Positions 40,164 through 50,156 of a DNA stretch of 64,000 nucleotides are shown here, piece after piece; positions within the stretch are counted from its first letter, which is position 1, and every line of letters starts with the position of its first letter. Source of the stretch: Planctomycetota bacterium (lineage in GTDB: Bacteria; Planctomycetota; SZUA-567; H5-PLA8); the NCBI GenBank assembly GCA_038227875.1, contig JBBRPR010000023.1:32001-96000 (forward strand). The letters are read 5' to 3'. The notes under the pieces are model-generated. The model saw only the letters and a list, made by a program, of their open reading frames with translations. It made no database searches and had not been told where the DNA came from. Both the position numbers and the translations under genes were made by a program.

Positions 40164-41159
40164 TCACTCCGCATTGCGAACCAGCATTCCCTTCTGAATC
40201 GCCACGTTCTCGCTGCTCACGAATCGGCCGTCTACGTAGCGCTCACACGTCTTGACGATGGGCAGCAGTCCCGAGGCGAGTAGATCGATCCAGCAATCCC
40301 GAAGCGCCCAGTGAAAGTGCGTCATCGACTGCGTTTTGCCGCCGGCTTTGCAGAGCACTTCCCCTTGCGAGACGCGTTGTCCCGGACGAACTTTTACCGT
40401 CCGCCCCAAGACATGACTGATTTGGGAGAGTTCGCCGTTGCCGTGATCGATCAGGAAGCCGAGTTCGTCGTCGCGTCCTTCGCTCGCCAGCGTGCGAATC
40501 AGGGTGTCGAAGTCCGGATCTTCGCGCCGTCCTTTGCGGGTCAGGAAAACGCCATCGGCCGGCGCGACAACGTCGAGCTCGTATTGAAAACTCAGCCGGT
40601 TATCCAATCCGAGCGGATTGCGCGTCTGTCCCGAACTTTGAAACGGATTGACCTCGCATTCCGTCCGCTCAAAATCCGGCGTCTGCTCCGCCTGGCCGCG
40701 CCGCGCGCGCAGCCGCATGATCTCGGCATCTTTCATGCCCACGGCACACCGCTGATAATCCTCCGGCGCAATCACGACGAAATCGCATGCCCAGCGGAAG
40801 CACGGCTCGACGTAACAGTGCGTGTTTCGTACCCGCCCTTCCGCAGTTCGCAGGTTGCCGCCATCGATCGCCAGCCAGCATCCGGAAAACGGAAGAATGT
40901 ATTCGTTGCGCCGGCGCTCTTCGGTTGCTTCCGAGAATCTCCCGATGAAGACTCCGTTTTCATTGCGTTTCAGCCGCTCGCCCAGCAGCGGCCAGAACTT
41001 CGCCGGATTCGCCAAGTCTTGAAGTTCACTCTCGCTGAAAAAATGGGGCGGCCCAGGCTCAACCGGACGCGCCAGACCATTTTCAACGGCGCGTTCCAGA
41101 ATCGCGGGTGCGATGTCGATCTTCTTTGCCCCATCATGGAGCGAAAGAGGTCGATTCAT
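40164..41159 (-). CDS. M23-family metallopeptidase-like protein with N-terminal MerR/excisionase-like HTH
   Basis: H...D (THC...WACDF), VVAPADG, IDHGNGE.S..SH, V..GQ.V.QG and HFHW. N-terminus LSLHDGAKKIDIAPAILERAVENGL...FSESEL. ATG at 41159 chosen; the ORF-track extension overlaps the ALDH gene. Confidence 0.65.
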   Translation of the reverse strand: MNRPLSLHDGAKKIDIAPAILERAVENGLARPVEPGPPHFFSESELQDLANPAKFWPLLGERLKRNENGVFIGRFSEATEERRRNEYILPFSGCWLAIDGGNLRTAEGRVRNTHCYVEPCFRWACDFVVIAPEDYQRCAVGMKDAEIMRLRARRGQAEQTPDFERTECEVNPFQSSGQTRNPLGLDNRLSFQYELDVVAPADGVFLTRKGRREDPDFDTLIRTLASEGRDDELGFLIDHGNGELSQISHVLGRTVKVRPGQRVSQGEVLCKAGGKTQSMTHFHWALRDCWIDLLASGLLPIVKTCERYVDGRFVSSENVAIQKGMLVRNAE

Positions 41160-41225
41160 CGGCGGTTTCCCCACTACCGTCCCTGACTCGCACTTCGAAT
41201 GGACACGAGTATACTCACTTTTCAC

Positions 41226-42677
41226 ATGTCCACTCCAGCCACAGATCTCGAAGGCACTCTGCGCCGCGCGCGTACGGCCCAACTCGCCTGGGCGGCGTTG
41301 CCGCTCTCGGAGCGGCTGCGGCCGATCGCGAAATTCCGTGCGCGGCTGGCGGCAGAGCCGAAGGTTCTCGCCGAAGTCGTGGCCGAAGAGATTGGCAAGA
41401 CGCGTTTCGAAGCCCTCGGCGCGGAAGTGCTGCCGCTGGCGGAAGCCTGCGCGTTCTTGATCAACCGCGCGCCGAAGCTGCTCGCGCCGCGCCGTGAATC
41501 GCTGCGCGGGACGATGCCGTTTTCCGGCGTGGGGTACGTGCATCATTTGCCCTGGGGCATCGTGGCTTCGCTGGTGCCGTGGAATTATCCGCTCTTCCTA
41601 TGCGGCGGACCGGCGCTCAATGCGCTCGCGGCCGGCAATGCAATCGTGATGAAACCCTCGCCGCGCGCGAAGAAAACCGTCGGCGCCTTCGCGGAATGGC
41701 TGCACGCGGCCGGCATCCCTGCGGACCTAGCGCCCGTGCTCGAATCCAGCGACGAGATGGGCCGTCAGCTCACCGCCTCACCGTTGATCGATCGCATCAT
41801 CTTCACGGGAAGCTCCGCGACGGGACGTTCGGTGCTCACCGCCGCGGCGAAGAATCTCGTCCCGGCCACCGTCGAACTCTCCGGCTTCGACGCGGTCTTC
41901 ATTCTCGACGACGCCGACGTGAAACTCGCCGCCGCCGCCGTCTCGTTCGGTGTGCGCTTCAACGCAGGCCGCACCTGCGTCTGCCCGCGGCGCGTGTTTG
42001 TCGACAAGAAAGTCGCCGGCGAGTTTGTAACGCTAGTCAGCGAGCGCCTGACGAAGCGCCGTCTGCCCGAACCGATGGACCCGCAGACCCTGCGCGAAGC
42101 CGACGAACTCGCCGCGAAGCTCGACGCCGCGCCGAATACGCGCAGCCTCAACGGCCGCGCGCGCGGCGACGCGCACAAGGCACTGGCCGTGCTCGGCGGC
42201 CGCGAGGCACTTGCCGCCGCGCAGGGAAATTTTGTTCCGGCGCTGGTCGTGATGGAAGTGACCGACTCGGCCGAAGCCCTCTCGCTGGAACACGAATCGC
42301 CCTACGCGCTGGGCGCTTCGATCTTCACCCGTAGCGCGCACCGCGCCGATGCCATCGCCACGCACTTGCGGTCGGGAATGGTCGCGGTAAACGAATGCAT
42401 TACGCCCGCCGGCGAGGCCGCGCTGCCCTTCGGCGGCGCGAAGGAGAGCGGCTACGGCGTGCGCTCGGGGATCGAAGGGTTGATGGAGATGACGCGACCG
42501 CAAGCCGTGGCCTTTGCGCGCGGCACCTTCCGCCCGCATCACGACGCCGGCCCGGAAGCAGAAGAGTTTTTGCTTGAGTTGTTGAAAGCGCGGCACAGCG
42601 GCTCGTTCTTCGGCCGCTTAAAAGGTTGGATCGGGTACGGCGTGCAGGGCGCAAAGTGGAAACCGCCGACGGATTGA
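41226..42677 (+). CDS. Aldehyde dehydrogenase family protein
   Basis: PWNYP, KPS, FTGS..TG, ELSG (Glu), NAG.TC (Cys) and PFGG.KESG.G. Confidence 0.92.
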   Translation: MSTPATDLEGTLRRARTAQLAWAALPLSERLRPIAKFRARLAAEPKVLAEVVAEEIGKTRFEALGAEVLPLAEACAFLINRAPKLLAPRRESLRGTMPFSGVGYVHHLPWGIVASLVPWNYPLFLCGGPALNALAAGNAIVMKPSPRAKKTVGAFAEWLHAAGIPADLAPVLESSDEMGRQLTASPLIDRIIFTGSSATGRSVLTAAAKNLVPATVELSGFDAVFILDDADVKLAAAAVSFGVRFNAGRTCVCPRRVFVDKKVAGEFVTLVSERLTKRRLPEPMDPQTLREADELAAKLDAAPNTRSLNGRARGDAHKALAVLGGREALAAAQGNFVPALVVMEVTDSAEALSLEHESPYALGASIFTRSAHRADAIATHLRSGMVAVNECITPAGEAALPFGGAKESGYGVRSGIEGLMEMTRPQAVAFARGTFRPHHDAGPEAEEFLLELLKARHSGSFFGRLKGWIGYGVQGAKWKPPTD

Positions 42678-42729
42678 TGAACTATGATTGATGAATGACT
42701 ACAGCCGCCGCCGTTCATCATTCATAGTT
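42675..42729. repeat. Heptamer-like hairpin (TGATGAA family)
   Basis: AACTATGATTGATGAA (42680-42695) pairs with TTCATCATTCATAGTT (42714-42729), one mismatch. Confidence 0.75.
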
Positions 42730-42771
42730 AAATCCGACTGTTGATACTGGCAAAGCAGAGAAATAAAAATC

Positions 42772-43929
42772 ATGCGCATCGCGTTCTTCTCCTGGGAATC
42801 TCTCGACTCGGTCCTCATCGGCGGCGTTGGCGTGCACGTCACGGAACTGTCGCGAGCGCTGGTTCGGATGGGGCATGAAGTCCATCTGTTCACGCGCCTT
42901 GGGGCGGGGCAGGTACATTACGAGAAAATCGAGGGCGTTTTCATCCACCGCTGCGGCTTCGATCACCACGACGATTTCACAATGGAAATGTGGAACATGT
43001 GCCGCGCGTTCGAGCACCATTTCTTCACCACGCGCGCGCTGGCGGGAGAATTCGACGTCATCCACGCGCACGATTGGATGACCGCCGAGATGCTCTCGCT
43101 GATCAGCAACCACTGCCACGCGCGCCGCATCCTCACCATGCATTCCACCGAGTTCGGACGCTGCGGCAACAACATCTACGGCGGACGCAGCGAATCGGTG
43201 CGGCACAACGAGTGGCGCGGCATGTTTGTCGCCGAGCGCGTAATCTGCGTTTCGAAAGCGCTGCGCGACGAATGCTGCTGGCTGTACTCAACGCCTTCGG
43301 ACAAGGCGTTTGTGGTCTACAACGGCGTAAATCCGAAGCAGTTCGATTTCGAACTCGACGTCGGCGAACTGAAGCGTTCGATCGGCATCGCGCCCATGGA
43401 GCCCACGATCCTTTTCGCCGGCCGCATCGTCTACCAGAAGGGCGTCGACATTCTGCTCAACGCGATTCCGTATGTGCTCAACCACGTGCCCGAAGCGAAG
43501 TTCGTCTTCGCCGGCGACGGCGAGATGCGCTGGGATCTCGAGAACTCCGCGCGCAGCCGCGGGCTCGATCCGAGTCTGCGCTGGCTGGGCAAAGTCGATC
43601 CGGTGAAATTGCGCTCGCTGTTCAAAAGCTGCGACGCCGTCTGCGTGCCGAGCCGCAACGAACCGTTCGGCATCGTGATTCTCGAAGCCTGGGCCGCGGG
43701 TAAGCCGGTCGTCGCCACGAAAAACGGCGGACCTGGCGAATTCGTACAGCACGACGTGACGGGCTGGTCGGTGAATGACACACCCGATTCGATCGCGTGG
43801 GGATTGGGTCAGGTGTTCGTCGATTTCGAACGCGCGCGACGATTCGGCGCCGCGGGCCGGAAGGACGTCGAAACGCGTTTTACGTGGGACAACATCGCGG
43901 AGCAGACACTGGCGGTCTACCGCAGTTAG
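42772..43929 (+). CDS. Glycosyltransferase family 4
   Basis: GG.G.HV.EL, HAHDW, HSTE.GR, GR...QKG.D and PSRNEPFGIV.LEAWA.GKPVV. Confidence 0.93.
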   Translation: MRIAFFSWESLDSVLIGGVGVHVTELSRALVRMGHEVHLFTRLGAGQVHYEKIEGVFIHRCGFDHHDDFTMEMWNMCRAFEHHFFTTRALAGEFDVIHAHDWMTAEMLSLISNHCHARRILTMHSTEFGRCGNNIYGGRSESVRHNEWRGMFVAERVICVSKALRDECCWLYSTPSDKAFVVYNGVNPKQFDFELDVGELKRSIGIAPMEPTILFAGRIVYQKGVDILLNAIPYVLNHVPEAKFVFAGDGEMRWDLENSARSRGLDPSLRWLGKVDPVKLRSLFKSCDAVCVPSRNEPFGIVILEAWAAGKPVVATKNGGPGEFVQHDVTGWSVNDTPDSIAWGLGQVFVDFERARRFGAAGRKDVETRFTWDNIAEQTLAVYRS

Positions 43930-43941
43930 CGTAAACGCCAA

Positions 43942-43967
43942 ACCCCCAGGCCCCGGGGCCTGGGGGT
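43942..43967. terminator. Perfect 26-bp palindrome between convergent genes
   Basis: ACCCCCAGGCCCC|GGGGCCTGGGGGT. Confidence 0.6.
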
Positions 43968-43978
43968 CAAAAGCCGCC

Positions 43979-44581
43979 CTACACCGGCTCGTATTCGTGG
44001 CACCAGCACAGGTCGTCGGGGCTCAGTTTCTTTCCGGCGCTGACGCTCTTCGGATGGCTCTTGATCCACATCTGTTCGAACTCTTCCTTCGTCTGGTAAC
44101 CTTCCTTGCGGATGTCGTCTTCGGTGATGTCGCCGACGCGCAGTCGCGTCACGCGCACGAAGCGGAACGCTTTGCCCTTTACGCGGAAGACATCGCCTTC
44201 GTCGCCCCATTTGCGGAAGCGGCGGCTCATGTGTTTGCCACCTTTAAGAATCTGATCGACGTGATGCGCCAGCACCATGAACGACGCGCCGAACTTGTCA
44301 TCGAGGTCCGTGACCCGCTTCATCGCGTCCTGAGCGAAGACCGTGTCGAGCTGCGCTTCTTGAATCTCGCCGGCCAGCACCGACTTGCGGACACGCACCG
44401 CTTCGGCGAGATAGCGGTCGGCCAGCGGGCGCGAAATGCCCAGCGTAGACGTGACATGCGTCGCGGCAGCGCGTTCCTGAGCCAGCGGATCCCCCGCGGG
44501 TTCGGCGGCGTTCAGTTCGACGAGCTTCTGGTAGCCGAGCTTGAAGCGCTCGAGTTTTTCGGCATGAAGTGTGGCGGACAT
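43979..44581 (-). CDS. ASCH/PUA-like domain protein with N-terminal helical extension
   Basis: AGGAG RBS before ATG 44581. C-terminal IL.G.K...RR...GD......V....GDITEDD...EGY...EEF...W. Confidence 0.7.
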   Translation of the reverse strand: MSATLHAEKLERFKLGYQKLVELNAAEPAGDPLAQERAAATHVTSTLGISRPLADRYLAEAVRVRKSVLAGEIQEAQLDTVFAQDAMKRVTDLDDKFGASFMVLAHHVDQILKGGKHMSRRFRKWGDEGDVFRVKGKAFRFVRVTRLRVGDITEDDIRKEGYQTKEEFEQMWIKSHPKSVSAGKKLSPDDLCWCHEYEPV

Positions 44582-44753
44582 CGGATCGGTCTCCTGTGAA
44601 TTTGTGGCGCCATCGTACCCGCGAGGCGGTGAGGGTAAAGGTAAGACGTGGCAATCCATCCGCGCAATTTCCTCGCACGCGTAGCGCCATACGCTATTCT
44701 CTAGGCATCGGCGGTCGGTGCCGCACCTCAACACCTAACGGAGAAGATCACTA

Positions 44754-45659
44754 ATGAGTTTAGTTGTCGTGGGTTCCATCGGGATTGACAATGTGGAGAC
44801 GCCCAGCGCGCGCAAGGACAATGTGCTCGGCGGATCGGCGGCGTACTTTGCTTACGCGGCGAGTTTCTTTACGCGCGTGTCGCTGGTCGGCGTTGTGGGT
44901 CAGGATTTCCCGCCGGAATACCGCACGCTGCTCGCGGCCCGCGACATCGACCTGGCCGGGTTGGAAATCGCCGACGGCAAGACCTTCCGCTGGACCGGCA
45001 AGTACCACGAGAACATGAACGACCGCGACACGCTCGAAGTTCAGCTCAACGTCTTCGGCCAGTTCGATCCCAAGATTCCCACGGCCTACCAGAATCCCGA
45101 GTTCCTGTTTCTGGCCAACGGCGTTCCAGCGCTGCAGCGCAAAGTCCTCACGCAGATGAAGAAGCGCCCGAAGTTCGTCGCGGCCGACACCATGAATCTG
45201 TGGATCGAGACGGCCCGAGAGGATCTCGACGCGCTGTTGAAGGAACTCGACGCCATTGTCATTAACGACAGCGAAGCGCGCCTCTACACCGACGAATACG
45301 AACTGCTCAAGGCCGGCCGCGCGATTGTGAAGAAGGGGCCGAAGACGGTCATCATCAAGAAGGGTGAACACGGCGCGCTGGTGATCACGCCGCACGGCAA
45401 CTTCACCACGCCGGCGTATCCGCTGGAAGCAGTCGTCGATCCGACCGGCGCAGGTGACACGTTTGCCGGCGGCATCATGGGGTATCTCGCCAGCGCGGGA
45501 GCGCTCAACCCCGACGCGCTGCGCCGCGCGATGGCCTACGGTTCGGTCGTCGCCAGCTTCACCTGTCAGGATTTTTCGCTCAATGCGCTCACGGGCATTA
45601 CGCGCGCGAACATCGATGACCGCTACCGCGAACTGCTCGACATGGCGCGGATTCCGTAG
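44754..45659 (+). CDS. PfkB-family carbohydrate kinase
   Basis: VVGS..ID, GGSA.Y, DTMN.W, IND.EA, KKGEHG and DPTGAGDTFAGG. Confidence 0.93.
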   Translation: MSLVVVGSIGIDNVETPSARKDNVLGGSAAYFAYAASFFTRVSLVGVVGQDFPPEYRTLLAARDIDLAGLEIADGKTFRWTGKYHENMNDRDTLEVQLNVFGQFDPKIPTAYQNPEFLFLANGVPALQRKVLTQMKKRPKFVAADTMNLWIETAREDLDALLKELDAIVINDSEARLYTDEYELLKAGRAIVKKGPKTVIIKKGEHGALVITPHGNFTTPAYPLEAVVDPTGAGDTFAGGIMGYLASAGALNPDALRRAMAYGSVVASFTCQDFSLNALTGITRANIDDRYRELLDMARIP

Positions 45660-45687
45660 CTGGGAAGTTCGACCGAAGAGGTGTGTC

Positions 45688-46785
45688 ATGAAAACGAATC
45701 TGCGTGTACTGCTGCTCGGGATGGGACTGGCCACGGCGCTGGCGCTGACTGTCGCGCCGCGCGCTGCCGCTTCGGAAGTTCAGATCAAGACCGCCGACGG
45801 CCAGACGATTACGGGCGAATTCCTGGGCACCACCGATGGCATAATCAAAGTCCGCTCGAAATACGGCGAGATCAGCATTCCGTCCAAGGATGTGCTGACG
45901 CTGGTCAAGGCGCCCGACGCGCCGGCGCCGGCCGATCCCAAAGCCAAAAAGGATCCTAACGCGGTCGAAGCGCCCGCGGTGAAGTTTCCAGAAGGCAAGG
46001 ACGTAAACCTGATCGCGCTGCTGGCCTCGCGCGTGCCGGAACCGCCGGAACCCACCAAGCAGCAGCGGCAGGAAATCTTCCGCTGCATCCGCAACTTCCG
46101 CGACAGCTCCGACAAGTCGCGAGCGAAATCCATCGAAATCCTGAAGGGCTTCGGCGAAACGGCCTATCCGTTCATCTCCTCCGACTACACAACGGTCGAC
46201 GACCTGGAAGACAAGATCCAGATGCTCGCGGCCGTCGCCGTCCCGGGAAGCCCGTACACGGCGGGAATTTTTTCCAAGACTCACGCCACGGCGTTGACGG
46301 AATTCAAGCGCCTCGCCGCGGCCGATCCCACTCCGCCACCCGACTACCCGACCAAGAAGGAACGCGATCAGCCCAACCCGCAAACCGGCGACATCAAAGC
46401 CGCCGCGCGGCGCGTGCTGGCGATTGAAGCGGATGCGTCCGCCGCACAGGGGCCATTCAACACGCTCTTCCTCTTCCAGGTCTATAAGGCCCGCTACACC
46501 GGCGAAACCGATGTGTTGCTGCACGACATCGGTCACGACCGGGCGCTCATGGGCGCTGTGGCTGGCGACGCGGGAGCTTCCAAATCCGAATGGCAGGGCA
46601 ATGATCGCGTAATTCTGGCTGAGTCCGCGCTGCCGCTGTTGTTCAAAGACAACGACGACCTGAAGGAAATTGCGCAAGCACTGCTGAAACAGATTCTGCC
46701 GTCCAACCATCCTAAGTTTACCGCTTCGGAGGAAGAGTGGTTTACGTGGTGGACGAAGAACAAGGATCGGATCGAGAAGAAGTAA
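45688..46785 (+). CDS. Hypothetical secreted protein
   Basis: GAGG RBS, signal peptide, small beta domain (I.T.DG..I.GE), and HEAT-like C-terminus ending W..WW.KNK. Confidence 0.75.
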   Translation: MKTNLRVLLLGMGLATALALTVAPRAAASEVQIKTADGQTITGEFLGTTDGIIKVRSKYGEISIPSKDVLTLVKAPDAPAPADPKAKKDPNAVEAPAVKFPEGKDVNLIALLASRVPEPPEPTKQQRQEIFRCIRNFRDSSDKSRAKSIEILKGFGETAYPFISSDYTTVDDLEDKIQMLAAVAVPGSPYTAGIFSKTHATALTEFKRLAAADPTPPPDYPTKKERDQPNPQTGDIKAAARRVLAIEADASAAQGPFNTLFLFQVYKARYTGETDVLLHDIGHDRALMGAVAGDAGASKSEWQGNDRVILAESALPLLFKDNDDLKEIAQALLKQILPSNHPKFTASEEEWFTWWTKNKDRIEKK

Positions 46786-46824
46786 ACCAGAAATCCACTA
46801 CACTAATCGGTTGCCCACTATCGA

Positions 46825-47715
46825 ATGAGCAGTCCTACGCACATCATCATAGCCAATCCCACCTCCGGGACTCAGGCGGCGCCGACGCTGGCCACGCGGG
46901 TCAAGGAACTGCTGGAAGCGCGCGGGCTTTCGACGGAATTGAAACTCACCACCGCCGCCGGCGACGCTCGCCGTCTAGCGAAGGAAGCGGTAACGCAGGG
47001 CGCGACAGTGGTGGTTGCGTGCGGCGGGGACGGTACGCTGCAGGAGGTGGCCTGCTCGCTCGACGGCACGTCCACCGCGATGGGCCTGCTGCCCCGCGGC
47101 CGCTGCAACGACTTCGCCCACGCGCTGGGTCTGCACAAAAGCGACACACCAGAACGCCTGGCCGGAATCATTGCCGGCGGAAAAACGCGCGGAATCGATC
47201 TCGGCGCGTGGGGCGAGAAGCGCTTCCTGACCGTCGCGACGCTCGGCTTCGACTCGGAAGTCAGCCGCTACGTAGAGAACAACAAACTCTGGTTGAAAGG
47301 CACACCGTCGTATCTTTACGCTGCGATGCGCGTGCTGACGCGCTTCCAGTTTCCGTTCGTGCGGTTGAAGGGCGATTTCAAAACCATCGAAGGCCGCGTG
47401 CTGCTGGCCGCCACGGCCAACGCGTCGTGCTACGGCGGCGCAATGCATATCGCGCCGGAAGCTCTGGTCGACGACGGACTCTTTCATTTGTGCGTCGTGG
47501 ATCAGGTCGGCAAGTTCACCGTGTTACGAATTCTGCCACGCGTGTTATCCGGAAAACACGCCAGCCACCCAGCCGTGAAGATCGTCACCAGCAGCTACGT
47601 CGACATCGAAACCCCCGACGGCCCGCAATGGATCTGCGCCGACGGCGAGACGCTGGGACAAACGCCAGCGCGCTTCGAGATGCGGCCGAAGGCGATTCGC
47701 GTTTTAGTGCCGTGA
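46825..47715 (+). CDS. Diacylglycerol/lipid kinase family (YegS/BmrU-like)
   Basis: NPTSG, GGDGT, P.G..NDFA, G.D, YGG and ADGE. Confidence 0.92.
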   Translation: MSSPTHIIIANPTSGTQAAPTLATRVKELLEARGLSTELKLTTAAGDARRLAKEAVTQGATVVVACGGDGTLQEVACSLDGTSTAMGLLPRGRCNDFAHALGLHKSDTPERLAGIIAGGKTRGIDLGAWGEKRFLTVATLGFDSEVSRYVENNKLWLKGTPSYLYAAMRVLTRFQFPFVRLKGDFKTIEGRVLLAATANASCYGGAMHIAPEALVDDGLFHLCVVDQVGKFTVLRILPRVLSGKHASHPAVKIVTSSYVDIETPDGPQWICADGETLGQTPARFEMRPKAIRVLVP

Positions 47716-47727
47716 GGCGCTCGCGAG

Positions 47728-49110
47728 CTACCGGAAGCGCTTGGGCTTGCGATTTTCCTCGCGCGGGCGATACGGCCGTGACGGCCGATCGTTCCGGTCT
47801 TCGCGGATCGGGATCGATTCTTCGTCGAAGTCCGGCTCGGCGTCCTCGTCCCCGGAGTCCTCTTCGCGACGCTTGCGCTTGCCGGACGAGCCCGGAGAAC
47901 CGGGCTTGTGTGCATCCTTCGCGGCGTCGACGTCCCAGCGATCGCGCTTCGGGACCAGCAGGTCCAGCATGCGACCGTTCTGCGCTTCCTTGCGCACCAG
48001 CAACTTCAGGCGCGCGGCGACCGTCGCGCGGAGCTTCGCGGAATCGGCGCGGCGTTCTTTAATTCGCGCCAGCGCCACGGCGACATCGAACGGTTCGCCC
48101 TCAGCACCAGCGGGAATTGAGAGCGCGCCGGCAGGCATCAGCGTATCGAGAAATGCGCGCGCGCCGGTCTCGGCTTCCGGGGCCAGCACCGGGACGCCCG
48201 CGGTGGCGGCGAGGATCGCGCCGTGCAGGCTGCAGCTGAAAACCACTTCGCACGCGGCCATCGCTTCGCGGATTTCTTTCATCGGTCGGTCGCACGGAAT
48301 GTATTCGATCCGCGTGGCGTCGATCTCGGAGCCTTTCGGCAAAAGCGCATGCGCGTGTTTCTCCGCCGCTTCGGTGTTGTCGTGAAAGACGCTCAAAGAC
48401 ACGCCGGCCTCGGCCAAAATGCCTGCCGTCAGGGCCTGCGTGGCGGTGAGGACCGCACCGGAGGCGTGCTGCTCTTCGAAACCAAAATCGGGATGCGACG
48501 GAATTCGCGGCGCGAGCACCAGGCCGACGCGCGGCGCGGTGACCGTCGCCTTCGGCAGCGTTTCGCCCAGCGCCACGGCGGGGCTGCCGATGTTCGACAT
48601 GCGCGAGGAACTTAATCCGTACCCGACCATCGCCAGCTTCGACGCTTCATCGCGCGCGGAGAGACCGTCGGTGAAATTGTGGAGCAGCCGCTGGACGCGC
48701 GTGCGGTCGCGCGCATCGGGAATCGCGCGCGCGCCGACACCGACCACGGCGCTTTTGATCCCCAGCGTGCGTGCGTGTTCGGTGGCCGACAGCCACGTGC
48801 GTGACGGCGGATTGCCAGACGCGCCGATCTCGCCGGCACCGGCGACGATCACCAGCAGCGCCTTGGCCATCGCGCCCCAGGCTTCCGGCGTGGAGAGCAC
48901 GCTGCCGGGCGCGGGCAATTCCACAGCGCGGACGTTGCCGAGCTCGTGGATTTCTAAAACTTTATCGGGGTGCGGCGTGAGCACCGTGATCTCGTGTTTG
49001 GCGGCGGTCAGCCGCGACAGCAGCCCCGCCAGCACAGCTTCATCCGCGAGGGAACCGAGACCAAACGGGCCAGTAATGACGATCTTCAAGTGGCAATGTC
49101 CTGACATCAA
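47728..49110 (-). CDS. Polysaccharide pyruvyl transferase family protein (CsaB-like, divergent)
   Basis: G.FG.G.L.DEA.L, GVG, SARD..S and SLHG.ILA...GVP. Charged disordered C-terminal tail. Confidence 0.7.
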   Translation of the reverse strand: MMSGHCHLKIVITGPFGLGSLADEAVLAGLLSRLTAAKHEITVLTPHPDKVLEIHELGNVRAVELPAPGSVLSTPEAWGAMAKALLVIVAGAGEIGASGNPPSRTWLSATEHARTLGIKSAVVGVGARAIPDARDRTRVQRLLHNFTDGLSARDEASKLAMVGYGLSSSRMSNIGSPAVALGETLPKATVTAPRVGLVLAPRIPSHPDFGFEEQHASGAVLTATQALTAGILAEAGVSLSVFHDNTEAAEKHAHALLPKGSEIDATRIEYIPCDRPMKEIREAMAACEVVFSCSLHGAILAATAGVPVLAPEAETGARAFLDTLMPAGALSIPAGAEGEPFDVAVALARIKERRADSAKLRATVAARLKLLVRKEAQNGRMLDLLVPKRDRWDVDAAKDAHKPGSPGSSGKRKRREEDSGDEDAEPDFDEESIPIREDRNDRPSRPYRPREENRKPKRFR

Positions 49111-49278
49111 AAGGGCTAAATCGTAACTGCACAGCCGGGGAGGATAACCTCACGCAGGGCAAACTGCAAAGTGGCTGTGTGCACCTTGAGTCTGGCATTC
49201 CTACTCATACGTACGATTTATATGGAATTTCGTGACGCCCTGGGGAACAATAAAGGTAGAGAAGGGGAGGAGGTTATC

Positions 49279-50133
49279 ATGCGCAGCTCAATGAAATGGA
49301 TTTCAAGCCTCGCCCTCGCGACCGTCGTCGCCACGGGCACGGCCTACGCAGACACCGTCTACCTCATCAACGGCGGGATGCTTGAAGGCCGTGTGCAGTA
49401 TGAGAACGGCCGCGTCGTCGTCGAGCAACCGACGGGCAAAGTCTATATCGATAGCGCCAAAGTCGATCACGTCGAAAAGAGCAAGACGGAAATGGACGTG
49501 TACGATGAACGTCTCGCCACGCTGAAAGCCAAGGACGCCGCCACCGCTGAAGACTACGCGCAGTTGGCTCGCTACGCCGTGGAACACGGCATGAAGGCAC
49601 GCTCAGAGGCGATGAACAAGCGCGCGCTGGCGCTGGACCCCGAAAACGAAACCGCCCGCGTCGCGCTGGGCTACGTAAGATTTCAGGACCACTGGATGAC
49701 GCCCGACGATGCCAACGTCGCGCGCGGACTGGTGAAGCACGAAGGCATCTGGATTACGCCCGAAGCGAAGACCGATCTGCTAAGAGCGCAGGCCAACGCC
49801 GACGCGCAGCGCGAACGCGCCAAAGCCGAAGACGCCAAGGCCGAACAGGAGCGGCTGAAGAACGAGCGGCTTGACAAGGAATTGCAGCTGATCGATGCAC
49901 AGCGCGAACGCGATTACTACTACCGTAACAACCCGCCCATTGTTGTTCTGCCCACCGGGCCAGGCACGGTCGGCGTGCCATCGACAGGATCTCCCGCGCC
50001 AAAAGCCGCGCCGCAGAATCCCACGCCGCCACCCAACACGTTCGGCGGTGTCTTCAATCCCGTCGAACTCGACACACCCGACGGCACCGTGCGCCTCGAC
50101 CCCAGCGGCGCGCTGATCGTGAAGAAGAAATAG
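49279..50133 (+). CDS. Hypothetical secreted protein
   Basis: GGAGG RBS, signal peptide ending AYA|D, DTVYL.NG..LEG.V domain, and a TPR-like segment followed by AR.ALGY.....W...GLV..EG.W. Confidence 0.8.
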   Translation: MRSSMKWISSLALATVVATGTAYADTVYLINGGMLEGRVQYENGRVVVEQPTGKVYIDSAKVDHVEKSKTEMDVYDERLATLKAKDAATAEDYAQLARYAVEHGMKARSEAMNKRALALDPENETARVALGYVRFQDHWMTPDDANVARGLVKHEGIWITPEAKTDLLRAQANADAQRERAKAEDAKAEQERLKNERLDKELQLIDAQRERDYYYRNNPPIVVLPTGPGTVGVPSTGSPAPKAAPQNPTPPPNTFGGVFNPVELDTPDGTVRLDPSGALIVKKK

Positions 50134-50156
50134 CTGATTCACAATTTTAGCTTCCG

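Noticed and set aside
40164..41546. 460-aa version of the M23 ORF, and the long upstream extensions of ORFs at 20982, 16039, 34327 and 45454
   Set aside because: The extensions overlap neighbouring genes or non-coding DNA. Downstream ATGs with an RBS, signal peptide or domain start fit better.
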